64,000 bases of DNA from assembly GCF_009834535.1 (NCBI RefSeq), contig NC_045696.1, positions 65,226,001 through 65,290,000 of the forward strand, read 5' to 3'. The notes under the pieces are model-generated. The model saw only the letters and a list, made by a program, of their open reading frames with translations. It did not search any database and was not told the origin of the DNA. Positions 51,901-64,000 of this stretch are shown here, one piece after another; positions within the stretch are counted from its first letter, which is position 1, and each line of letters opens with the position of its first letter. The stretch is from Camelus ferus. Its lineage: Eukaryota. Both the position numbers and the translations under genes were made by a program.

Positions 51901-53409
51901 GAGGGAGACCAGAATAATTAGAAATGGATTATGAAAGTTTTTACTTTAGTATCTTCATTTCAAACTTTTTATTAAATCTTAGAATGGTGTTCGGTACCAG
52001 TTATTATATAAACAGTGGTTTCTGACCAAGAATACAAGAATCTGGGGGTACTGGGCTGAAAGAGGCAACATATCTCATCTAATCATACCAAAATACAAGC
52101 TTATTTTCTGAAATAGTTCATCTCAAGTACAGGTTTTCTAATATCTCACTAAAAATTCTAAAAAAAAATCCAAGACGAACTAAGATATTGCTTGTATTCA
52201 TAAAGGAGACATTAAGTCATTTTTAATTAATTATAAAGACAATTGAAGTCATTGATTTCTATATTATGTAATATTTACATCAAATGTGCTCTTTTCAGGT
52301 AGACAGTCAGACTTGTGATAAATTTGATAAAAAAAATTATGTTTGATAACAGCTGAGTGAAAACAGATGGGCTGGAAGTTTTCCAAAGGCCTGGTACAAA
52401 ATATTCGTTATAAAAGCATGAAGAGAATTTGTCCAGAACACTAATTTAAAATTTACTGCTTTGTTGATGCTTAAAAATGGCAGATTTTAGAGTGGAAATT
52501 TCTTTGCATTTTCTCCTATTTTCCACATATTTGCCAGATTTAAATGAAAAACATTCTAATTGGCGATCAGCCTGCAGTACTCAAGTATTGATTTTACCAC
52601 ACACAGTTTATTATCAAGCTGGAGTAAGGCAGAAGAGGAGCACATGAGACTATTCTTTCCGTGCTAAAGCATCAGAAGACACATGCATTAATCCTGTTGG
52701 GTCCATCAAAGGCACAAACTAACAAGTGATTACAGACATGGGAAAGAAGGAGTAATACACATGGTACTCTTACTGGGAAATTTTGACTAGTTTTGACAAC
52801 ACTGCCCTATACCCAGCACTTAGTTTAGGTGATGTGATGGGAATTTATTGAAATCCTGCATGGACTGTTTTGTATGAACTGGCTGGAAAGTTGACTCTTT
52901 TCTTGCATTTTAGTGTGGATAAGAGCAGTACCATATGGCAGCCCAGGAATTCTGATTTTGGGGAAATTTTGCTTCTGTGAATCCTAGTTGTGTCTGGGAG
53001 AAATTTACAGTGAATCTTATCGAATAAAAAGTTAATTAAATCACTTTGGTTATTAAAGACCAGCTGGCTGCTCCATCACCTGGAGTTAAAATATGCTCTT
53101 GTAGTTACTGATCTCAATGGGGTCAATCCATGGGATAAACAAAGAAAAGTGCAGAAGCCCAGAAAAGCACTAAATGAGAAGAAAAAATAAAAGGAATGAG
53201 GGTTCGAAAAGGTAAAAAGGGAAAATTAAACTGAAGATGAAGCACAGAGGGAACAGAGGTGAACCCTCTACTTCCTGCCTGTCTTATCCTATAAACGTCT
53301 CAATTGTAATTGAAGATTTTCTCTTATACATCCTGCTGGAAACACACTGAGACTGATTACCTATCTATTTATTTATGAATGTATGTACTTACGTATTTAT
53401 GTGTATATT

Positions 53410-53580
53410 TATTTAACAGATGTTTAAATGGAGCTTTTTATGTACCTGGCACTGTTCTAACCCTGCACAATTTCTAATGTATATAATTCCCATAACAACC
53501 ATAGAGGTAGATAATATTATTATTCCCATTTTATAGTTGAGGAAACTGAAGCACAGTAATTTATGAAACTTGCCCACATC
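53410..53580 (-). mobile_element. MIR SINE
   Basis: 'attattcccattttatagttgaggaaactgaagcacag...aacttgccca'. Confidence 0.8.
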
Positions 53581-53679
53581 ACAACACACAAGTCAAGTGT
53601 TCTTTAAACAAGGCTTTCAAATTTAAGTAGAAGACTCCCTTGAAATAACTACAACATAATTATTCACTCTAGCAGCTGA

Positions 53680-53915
53680 AAATTTTCAAAGCACTCTGTA
53701 CCAGCTATCTTCGTTGACCCTTACAATACCCTCTGGGATAGGCCAGAAATTATTTCTATTTGAAAGATGAGGAAACTGAAGCCCAGAGGATTCACAGGGT
53801 ATGCTCAAGGTCACAGCTGATGATAGATCTATCATTCAAACATAAGCTGAGAGTTGTCATTCAAATCTTTATTTTCTTTTTCTCATTCCAAGTCCAAAGA
53901 TCCTTCCACTATACT
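53680..53915 (-). mobile_element. MIR SINE
   Basis: 'agatgaggaaactgaagcccagagg...tgctcaaggtcacagct'. Confidence 0.8.
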
Positions 53916-54449
53916 CGCAATAACAGCCTGAGGTTGTTGCTGACAATTACCTACCCATGAGTACTCCACTATCTCCTTGTGCTTTGTAACACAGACCCAC
54001 CCCACCTAGTGTTACCCTTTCACACGGAGGAAATAATAGACACTGATTCCTCAGGTTGTCTCCGGTTGTCTGTTGGAAACAAAAAGCAGACCAGCTTTGA
54101 TATTATCATGCCCCACTGGATGGGATTTGCCTGCACAATCTGCGCTGCGCAAGTCAGTTTCACATCTCCCCTTCTTTGATGTCAAGCCCTAACTTTATCC
54201 CTACATCAGACTTTCATGGGCTCTACTTCCCAACCTTGAAGTGGAGCTCCACAATACCAGTTATTTATAGCTAATGTTTTCATTGATACTAAAATAATTG
54301 GCCCTACTTTCACTGTAGAAAGTCTTTAAACTTAGACACGAAAAATACTGAATTGTATTCTTTATCAAGGCTATCCTCAGGGGCAAAAAGGAAAAACCTC
54401 TTATGATTGCCTTATTAACTTTTAATGAGCCAGAGTCTACAGGCTTGCT

Positions 54450-54812
54450 TTCTTTTGTTTTTCTGTTTTTTTCTTAATTGAGATATAATTAACATATAAC
54501 TTTATATTAGTTTCAGGTTTACAACATAATGATTTCATATCTGTATATATTGTTAAATGATCACCATTATAGGGTCTAGTTAACATCCATCACTATATAT
54601 AGTTACACTTTTTTTTTTCTTGTGATGAGGACTTTAAGATCCACTCTTTTAGAAACTTTAAAATGAACAATACAGTATTATAAACTATAGTCACCATGCA
54701 GTGTATTACATCCCCATGACTTGACTCTATAACCGGAAGCTGGCACCTCTGACTCACCTTACACACTCTGCCCGCCCCTATGTGCCCCACTTCCAACTCT
54801 GCCAACCACCAC
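54450..54812 (-). mobile_element. L1MA9-like (Laurasiatherian) 3' end
   Basis: 'ttgagatataattaacatataac...gtttacaacataatgattt...tgtgatgaggactttaagatccactct'. Confidence 0.85.
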
Positions 54813-57269
54813 AGACGTCACTACTTTAAACATTGAAAACAAAAAACTTTAGGTACAGAAGAGAAATAACATTCATCAACTTATCAGCGTAACAGAGAAA
54901 TTTTTCTTTCTGGTCTAATTTTCCTAAGTACCACTCTCCACACAACACACAGAGACATGTGTTACCTTTACAAATTGCTTTTTTTTTTTTTACTTCTGTA
55001 GGTCTTTCATGCTACTCAGTATACCTATAAAGCACTTTCTAGTCTATCTTTCCCCTTTTAAATGTTTGAAACCACATTTAAGGCCCTCCTAAAAGCAAAC
55101 CATTATCTCTGAACTCTCAAAACATTCGCACAACCATTTTGTGGTTGCCATCATTTTCAGATTTGTGCCTTTGTCATCATACACATGCCTTCTTTCTCTT
55201 GTAGACTTGGAGTACCTTAAGAAGGGTAGTTGTCTCGGTGTCCCTCCCAGGGTTTGTACAAGTCCACGATCAAATTATTGAATCCACGTGGGGAGAAGTC
55301 AGACCTTTAACTGACCCAGATTCTTGATCATTGGACTACTCTGGATTAAAAATTAAAAAGGAAACAAAACAAAACAAAAAAAAACAAAAAAAAAAAAAAG
55401 AAAAGGGAAAAAAGGAAGAGAGAAAAGAAAACCAACACACACAAACCCCCCTAGATTCTATACATTTTTATTTAGAATGTTTTCATGCATTATGTCATCA
55501 TTAAGCCATTATCTGAAGATCAGCTGGCTATTGTGGCTATCAGATTTTAAGGCATATTTTATTATTGCTTTTTGGGGGCCTAGAAAATAAAACATTCAAC
55601 TAAAAAGTGGCAGAGCACATAAATTAATTTAAATTGAATCAAAGTTTAAGTGGGTTTAATTGAATTTTTTTTCACAAATAAAGTCTAAATTTACTAGCAA
55701 CTTTCAGTTGTCAAGATGTAAGACAAGGTGATTCATCCTCTGACTGCTATGAAGCATTAAGGATCACTAGAGCTCATGGTGGATTAAAAAAGCAAGGCAA
55801 AAGAAGATTTGAAGCCTACCCTGAGAATTCAGATTAGTGCAGTTATTGAGGGGCTGGACATTATTGTGTCTTCTCATATTTAAAAATAGATTGTCATTGG
55901 GGAGAAAAGAAACTGCAGTGAAGTTTGATATAGATTTCTACTTAATTCCATGGAGATCCCTTTAAACGTCCCAATAGGATGTTCTTTCTTCAAAGGTCAG
56001 TCTTTTCTCCCAACTTCTGAAAGTCAGTACAATTCAAGCTAGTAATTTCCACAGATGTTCTGTACTATAAGGCTCTTCTTCTCAAGTGGGCCATGTATCT
56101 GGTGGAAATTTTTATCATACTTTATTTGACTAGGAGGCAAAAAATCACAATTTGGCAAAAATTTTAGGGCATATCATTTAATATATATTAAGTATTCTCT
56201 TCAGATGATTTGTATATTTCAGCACTTATGTAATACTTTGCAAACATAAATTACTATCTAATTTTTATTCATTATTCCTAAAACACCCCAAGGTATTTCA
56301 GTTCCCTGCTTATTGAGGTAAATTAGTCATTTACCTTGGGGGACAGAAAAAACTGGAATTAAAACTTTAAGTCTCTAAACTCCAGTCTGCTTACCTATGT
56401 TTTCTCTCATTCACATTTTCACATTCAGGAAATTTTTAATTTTTTTTCTGAAATAACAAATTTGATCCAGATATGTTTCTTTTCTTGATTTTAAGCAAAA
56501 CAATCTTTTCATGGTTCTATGTGTCTCTGGTTTGGGTTATATTGTAGCATGTTAGGCAGATATACAGAGGAGGGACAAATAAATATACAAGTATAGACTG
56601 TACCCACAAGATGGAAATTTAGAATTATTTGGGCGAGTTCTTACCAAGTGCTAGAGAAAAATACAGAACCAACTTTAAAAGAGTATCATTTTCTCTGATT
56701 AAAGTAAATGTCAAATTGCCTTTGCATTTTTGCTAATTAAAGCAAGCTTCTTGAAAGCTAACTGTGACATATTCAGGCCTTTTGAATCTGATGTTTTCAC
56801 CTTCTCAGGGAATGTAAATATATCTTTGGAAAACTCAGACCACCAAATTTAAATAAATCAAAATAGGTACATGTCAGTCATCATGCACTATACCAGTGAA
56901 AATGGAGATAAAAGAGAAAACCTCTCTATCTTTGAGGCACTTAATGGCATTTGTGGAAAATTAAAATGTGCATGCCTGAAAAATTAAATAAATGTATAAA
57001 TGTAAAAAGCATCATTCTACTAAAAGAACTGTAAAGACCTTTCCGATTCTTAGAGTCCAAGTTTCCATACTTTTGAAAGGCAGAAGATCACAGTAGAATT
57101 CATGGTTACTTACAGAATGATGGATTTTTCAAATGGGAATTTGCTCTAAGTTCTTATAGGAATTATTCAGGGCAAATGTAAGGGAAGATGTACAAGTCGG
57201 CCACCAACCTGAATTGCAACTCAAATTGACATGACCTGGATGGTCAAGAAAAAGAAAAAAAAAAAAAAA

Positions 57270-59915
57270 AAAGCCAATCTGTTTAAGGTATTAGTATTTC
57301 TGGGCCACTTGAAGAAGAAAACCTAGCTCATCTCTGAAACTTACTATATTTTCAAGTAATCCTATAAATATATTCAGGCAAAATAAGCAGCTCAGTGTAA
57401 AATATAACTAAGCACACAGAGAAAACCCATACCAGAAATAAAATCAGCAGAAATAGTCCCAAAGTGCTTCACATAGTTTGGCCCAGATAATGACACAGTT
57501 GTTTTTACTAAGTTTACAAATTTAGAAGCAATGATAAGTTTATAGAAAAGTATTAAAAATCAACAAACCACTGGAATTTCCAGAAATAAAAATCTTCAAG
57601 AACCCCAAATAAAACATCACTAATCATTAGGGAAATGTAAATCAAGACCACAATGGCGTATCACCTCGCACCTGTCAAAATGCCTATCATCAAAGAGACA
57701 AGAAATAACAAGTGTTGCAAGGATATGGAGGAAAGAGAACCCTCCTGCATTTTTGCTGGGAGTGTAAATTGGTATAATCACTATGGAAAATCGTATGAAG
57801 TCTCCTCAAACAAATGAAAAATAGAACTACCATAACAATTCCACTTCTGGGTATTTTTCCAAAGAAAACAAAAACACTGATTCAAAAAGATATATGCACC
57901 CCTGTGTTCACTGCAGCATTATTTACAATAGTCAAGGTATGGAAACAACTTAAATACCCATGGATAGATGGATAAAAAAGATGTGGCATTTATATATACA
58001 ATGGAATATTACTCAGCTATAAAAAAGAATGGAATCTTGCCATTTGCAACAGCAGGGAAGACCTAGAGGGTATTATGCTAAGTGGAATATGTCAGACAGA
58101 AAAAGACAAATACCATATGATTTCATTTCTATGTGGAATCTAAAAACAAAACAAATAAGCAAACAAAATAAAACAGATACAGTGAACAAACAGGTGGCTG
58201 TCAGAGGGAAGGCAGGGTGGGGGAAATGTGAAATGGGGAAGGGAATTAAGAGGCATAAACTTCCAGTTAGAAAATTAATAAGCAATGAGAATGTATTGTA
58301 CAGCACAGGGAATATAGTCAATAATATTGTAATAATTTTGTATGGTGACAGATGGTAACTAGATTATTGTGGTGAACATTTTGTGGTGACCATAAATACA
58401 AATATTGAATCACTATATTGTACACCTTAAATAATATAATATTATAAGTCAATTATACTTCAATAAAAAAGAAAAAATCAATAAAAGGAATTAAATAGGA
58501 GATTAGATACAGCTAAAGACATTATTAGTGAGTTGGTTTAGCATAGAAAGCAATAAAATAAAAGATGTGATAGGTTAAGAGTGAGATGTTCTAAAATATT
58601 TTTTTTGGAGTTTTGGAGGGAAATAAGATAGAGACTGGAACAGATTCAAGACAGAATAGCTAAGAATTTTCATCAAGTGATGAAATAATCTAATCCATAG
58701 ATTCCAGAACTCTAGCCAACTCTGTGCATCATATATAAAACAATATCCATATTTAGACATACGATCTGAGATGTAAGAAGAAATGAAGCTCAAACAAATG
58801 GCAAATGTGTGGATAAAACTTTAGTTTCAAAGTTGCACTGACTACATAAACATTGTTACTTCAGGTGTTAAATACTACAGAATGAAAATACACAACTGGA
58901 AGTCAGGAGTGAGGGTAAACGGAATGAAAGTGGCCTACATTCTCATATTGTTGGCAAAATTAATTTTATACACTGGTAAGTGAATTATGTATGTTTATAC
59001 ACTGGTAATTAATTATGTATGTTATAATTTCTACAATATCACTAAATGATTAGTAAATGCATAAGTTCTAGGCCAGCTTAGGAAACAATGGGATGGTAAT
59101 GGCAAAATGATCAATACAGAAAACGTAAGAAAAAAATCTAAGAAAGGAAATGAAAATCAGCATAAAAAAGAAACACAGACTGAGAAAACAGACATAAACC
59201 CAAATATGTATCATTACAATAATTGGAAGTAAAAGTATTTTATTTATAATTAAGATAGTGGACTGAAAATAAATTCAAACTGTAAGCAAATGTTATTTTT
59301 AAAAAGATGATGCATAATACAAAGTCACTGAAAGACTGAAACAAAACATGAAGAAAATATTCCCACATAAATAATAACTCTAAGAAAGCTGATAGACTTT
59401 GTTAAAATTGAATGAAATGGATTTCAAAGGAAAAAGTATTATTTAAATATGAAGTGAGTCATTTCATAAAAATAAAGACTTCTTTCATCAGGAGGATATA
59501 ACAAATTTAAATTTGTAAGCTGTTAATAACATAGCTTCAAAATAAATAAGCTAAAACTGACAAGATTAGAGGAAACAGACAAAACATAGTAGAAAGTTTT
59601 AACACAACTTTTTCAATAACTGATAAAATAATCATACAAAACTTTAAGTAAGGGTACTGAAATTGTTAACAGCATGATCAATAGAATGATCTTGAAGGAT
59701 ATATTGGACATTAAACACAATAAGTTTAGAATACAGGCATCACCACATACAGTTGTGTAGACAAATCATCACACCACCCTAAAAATGGCTACATTCATCA
59801 AATAAATATGAATGGTATTCCTGTCATTACACAATATACAAAAAGCATGACAGTACTCAATGGCACCACACTCTTTTTAAGCACGCACTGAAAATATACA
59901 AAACTAGACCATGTT
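57270..59915 (+). mobile_element. Decayed L1ME 5'/ORF1/endonuclease region hosting a younger L1 and a possible MER91-like hAT insert (~59735-59860)
   Basis: 'gattagatacagctaaagacattattagtgag' (ORF1-like), 'catcaggaggatataacaaatttaaatttgta...aataacatagcttcaaaata' (EN-like). Confidence 0.65.
57611..58472 (+). mobile_element. L1MA9-like ORF2 C-terminus and 3'UTR
   Basis: 'catcactaatcattagggaaatgtaaatcaagaccacaatg...gatatatgcacccctgtgttcactgcagcattatttacaatag...agtcaattatacttcaataaaaaa'. Confidence 0.9.
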
Positions 59916-62239
59916 CTTCACTATTTACTTGTGATCTAATGATTCTAAAGAACTGTTGAGTCTAAGCTCCTGGGCTAGAAGATTCCTGCCTTAAGTTACT
60001 GCAGAATGAGCATCGTGTCTAATCCATAAGGCATTATCATTGCATGAAGGAGGATATTAGTTTTATTTACATGTAAATAGTAAGTGAAGAGCACTGGTAT
60101 CTGCAGTCCACACTCTTGAGTTAAATATGCCCACATGAATAATAATAACCATGTTTTAAATTTGCCATTTCGGTCTTTGAGGAATTTAGATAAGAACGGG
60201 ACAGTATACAAGAGACAATACACACTGTAGGGAGCATGCAAAGACAAGCTTATAATTTGGGGATTGATTTTATACAATGAGCAGCATGAGAAGTTCTTGT
60301 GGCAGAGTATTAACATGTGCCAAGTAATATTTTAGAAAATCTAGGATGTATTATATAGAGAAGAAACTGGAAGGAAAGCAAATCAGAAGGAGGCCATTAC
60401 AATATATGCATGTGTTTAGCTAGTTTGTACTTTCCAGTGGTAAAAGGACATAGTCTAGCTCGAGTAAATTAAATGTATCCCCTTGCAACCTTGAGGAAAA
60501 TATTTAATGTTACCATTCAATTGTAGAGAAAAGAGAAAACTCATAGTAATTGGCAATAAAGAGAAACATTTGGCTTATAGGAAGACAGAAGCCATCAAAT
60601 AAGGTGCCCCTCAATCAGCTGAGAATACATGGGGTAAACTTGAATTGAACGAAGACAGTGCATCATCCTGATGGACAAGTCCACTTTGTCTTGAGCAGAG
60701 AACAGGCTCCATAATGGTTTAACTCTTTGGAACAATCCAAATAAGGACAGGTCCAAAGGTGAACAAATCTCTCTTTTGGGCTTTTGACAAATTTATATTA
60801 AAAACTGACACTCATATATTCATGCTATCTTAGCAAGTAAAAACATATGCTCTCAAGATGATTTTCGAGAGGAAGGGTGTCATTGGATCAAAAGGTTCCT
60901 ATCACACAACCCAAGAAGGATAAAAGGAAAGGGGGAGCCTAGCTTTCAAGGTACAAACATCAAGTGAAGGTAGTGAAATTAAAGAATCAGCAGCTCAAAT
61001 TTGTTCTGAAGTTCAGAGTAGTTATTCTAATTTTTCCCAGGATAGTACTAATACTTGTTTTGAGCCAAAGCCTGTATAGTGCCTCAAATAAGTACTACTC
61101 ACTCAAAGAGTTAATTAAAGCGACCCACTCCTCTCAACGGAATGACCATCAGAAATATAATGAAAGCAATGATGCTTCTTTGTATATATACTGAGCTTAA
61201 GATGGTGGGGTATTTAAGATCAAGGACAAGTTTTAAGTACACTGTAAATAAAAGGTTATACACTTTATTTGGAAGATAGTTTTGGTGACATCTCTATAAT
61301 GCTCTTATTAAATTGCATCTCCTTTTTTTGTTTTAAAGTATTTCTTACAGCTTTAAATTATAACCAAAAATTGTAAGTCTTAAATAGTTTATGAGAAATG
61401 AAAACCCTTAGTTTATAAGAAATATGGTGTTTATATTTCATTTGTGTCTATATTTAAAAAAACATTAGTTAGAAATGATCTTTAACTCTAGTCACTGCAA
61501 CTGCAATATGTGTTCTGTGCTTTAAGGGGTAACAACAAACATCTAGAGGAAAAGCACTGGATTTAAAATTAAGGAAACTAGCTTCTAATCTTGGTTAATA
61601 CGGAGGATTTCAACAAATCACCTTTAACCCCCTTTTCTCATCCACAGAAGGGACTCATAATATAAAATCAGTGTATATACTGTATACTAGTCTATACATT
61701 TATCTTACCCTTTTACTAATCATACTTATTTCAGTAGGGAGGCAGTTCCACATACTGAGAACTATGTCCTATTTGCTGCTGGATCTCCTGTTCTTCCATA
61801 GTTGAAAAGATCTAACCCTTTTGGATTAAACTGGTTGGCCTCCTTTGAAAAGGAAGCCCTTAATTTTTCAGTAAGCAACTAGCAGAAAAATTGGGGTACT
61901 GGTTAGCTGTGTTTTGCAGAGCTCAAAATGAATGTCTGAAAATGGGCCGGATGAAGTTTATTTTTTATTTTCCCAAAAGGCAAAATTGGTCATGGCATTG
62001 GCAGGTGTCTCTAACCAGCCACATTTCCCTGGAGTATCTATGTGTGACCCTTCCTCTTCAGTAGTTTCCCAGCACTGCACACTGGTATCTGTCTTGAGGA
62101 TGGACATTTTATACTTTTTTAACCTGAGTTTTCTGTTGTTAGTTAATTTTCTGTTTTAGAAAGAATCATTTCCTCCTTTGGGAAAGTGAGGTACAATTTT
62201 TAATATGTCATATTTTAAATCATTCTATTATACCCCTTC

Positions 62240-62820
62240 CTGCATTTAGTCAATGTATACATAGAGAGTGCCTACTATGTACAAGGCAATGTGCTTTGTG
62301 TATGAAGATGAATAAGACACAGTTTTTGTCCTGAAGGAGCTTATAGCCTAATGAAAACGCACTAATAGCTAAACAACAGTGCCACGCCCCCCAAACAACA
62401 GTGTGTTCTGGAAACAATGATGAAGGAGTGATTAACTCTGCCTGGGGGTATAGAGCAGACATCACACAAGTGGTGACATTTGTGCTCACTTTCGAAAACT
62501 GGGTGAGAGTTTGATAAGAGAAGAAGAAAGAATAGGGAAAGAGTATTCAGGCAGGCGACACATTGTGTTTAGAGATACCAGGTCTTTTCACGAGAGCAGT
62601 GAAAGAGACATTTTTTTTTTATTAGGAAAGAGTGAGATAATGCTGACAGCATCAGTGCACAGATTATATTGAAGAAGAAAGAGGCTATAGGCCAAGAGAA
62701 CAGATCAGAGATAAACGCAGGTGAGACACAGCAAGAACTTGGAATGGAGTAGTGTCACTAAATTAACAGGAGGACAGAAAATTAAAAAGAAATTCCTTAG
62801 GTATAATTAACAAGATTTTA
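62240..62820 (-). mobile_element. L2 LINE 3' fragment
   Basis: 'gagtgcctactatgtacaaggcaatgtgct...aagatgaataagacacagtttttgtcctgaaggagcttatagccta'. Confidence 0.75.
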
Positions 62821-63554
62821 TAATGGCCTTAAAATGATTCTGGTATAGACGGTGGCTGCTTTAGGGCTGAAATTCTATTTCATTTATGCTTCAAGCTGGC
62901 TCTAATGCCGGCATTGAGCCTGGTACGGGAGAAGCAAATTCTCCCTTCGATCACATTCTGCAAAAGTGATATTTTTCAAGCATTTTAAAGATATTATGTT
63001 GATCTACAAGGGTGAAGTCTGATGAAAACGTAGTAGAGGAAGAGATATGAAAGCGAGTCTTTCTGTTTATTCTGTGATTGAAACATGTGTGGCTGGACCA
63101 TGAAATATACAGAACACATAAAAATAGTTAGTGTCATACTAAGGGCTTTCTTCATCACCCCCTCATTAGCGGGACCAGTTTCTGAGATGGGCTCTGCCCC
63201 TGACTTCCTCTCCCTGATGTCAGAACCTCAAAAAAATTCTTACTGATTAGTGAGTAATAAGTGCCTATTAAATGAATGGGTCTAAAAATTAATGCATGAT
63301 GGCAAAAGGCCAACTAACTACATAGAATGCTATGTAGAGCCCTAAAAGAAGTAGTTAAATTACAAGGTGATCAATCTCTACAGGTACAATAGAATCTCAA
63401 CAGAAGAACAAAACAAAAGTACTTCATCCATTTGTGCAAAACAGTGCTGGTCATACAATAAATTGAGGGCTGACTGCATAGTCTACACAGGAAAGCAAAA
63501 AGAACTCTATGAATTATCCTTCCTGGAAAAGAGAAATATATATATATATATCCT

Positions 63555-64000
63555 CTGTGCAGTGTGGCTGGCAGAGGGGCAACAGTTACAGGATGAGGCT
63601 AAAAATGTAGGCAAGGACCAGACCGTACAGCACCCTTCAGACCACATTAAGGTGTGTCCTTTATCCTGAATACAGTAGAAAGATGTTAAATTCTTTCCAG
63701 AATATGTGTAAGATAATATGATTTATGGTTCAAAATTAACACTGTCTGTAGTAAGGAGAATCTGATAGATGAGGACCAGTGTGGATGACAGAGAAACCTG
63801 TCTAAAGTTTTTTTTTGTAGACATTTGGGTAGTTTTCTTAGGCTAGAATGATGGCCTTAAAGATAAAAAAAAAAAAAGATAGATTTCAGAGACTTATAAA
63901 GTAGAATAGACAGGAGTTAAAAATGAATTGGAAACAGTGTGTAAGGGTTGAGTAAAAGGAGATAAGATACCCAGCTTTCATGACTTGAAAGGATGGTGGG
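63555..64000 (-). mobile_element. L2 LINE fragment
   Basis: 'ctttatcctgaatacagtagaaag', 'gtagaatagacaggagtt...gaattgga'. Confidence 0.6.

Noticed and set aside
53066..53086. Second CTCF-like motif (CCAGGTGATGGAGC, minus strand)
   Set aside because: Several mismatches at core positions.
55350..55435. A-rich tract as the tail of a processed pseudogene
   Set aside because: No upstream ORF, SINE body or TSD identifiable; treated as low-complexity sequence.
1..64000. Inferring a host gene's direction from L1 strand bias
   Set aside because: L1s occur in both orientations and the numbers are too small to support a bias.

Overview
AT-rich, CpG-depleted eutherian genomic DNA with no recognisable protein-coding gene, RNA gene, CpG island or prokaryotic feature. 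It reads as intergenic or deep-intronic sequence, a large part of it transposable-element fossils. The youngest LINE-1 3' ends resemble camelid/cetartiodactyl L1s, and I saw no Alu, B1/B2, BovB/Bov-tA, PRE-1 or Can-SINE, which points to a camelid (inference from recall, not a database search). Contents: many L1 fragments of several ages, L2 and MIR fossils, solo LTRs (ERV1, MER41-like, MER21, LTR16, MLT1), hAT and Tigger DNA-transposon relics, and microsatellites. The supplied ORFs look spurious except for decayed L1 ORF2 and L2 reverse-transcriptase remnants. I found no convincing new biological system. The best leads are: (i) a TSD-bounded 374-bp L1 chimera joining a 5'UTR piece directly to the last ~20 nt of the 3' end, with two more 5'-to-3' L1 fusions nearby; (ii) a non-repeat segment at 10.7-11.04 kb holding a 71-nt hairpin followed by four back-to-back palindromes; (iii) an inversion plus L2 fragment inside an L1; (iv) a strong CTCF motif; (v) a weak candidate 42-nt exon. 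Repeat subfamily names come from remembered consensus sequences, and boundaries without TSDs are approximate.
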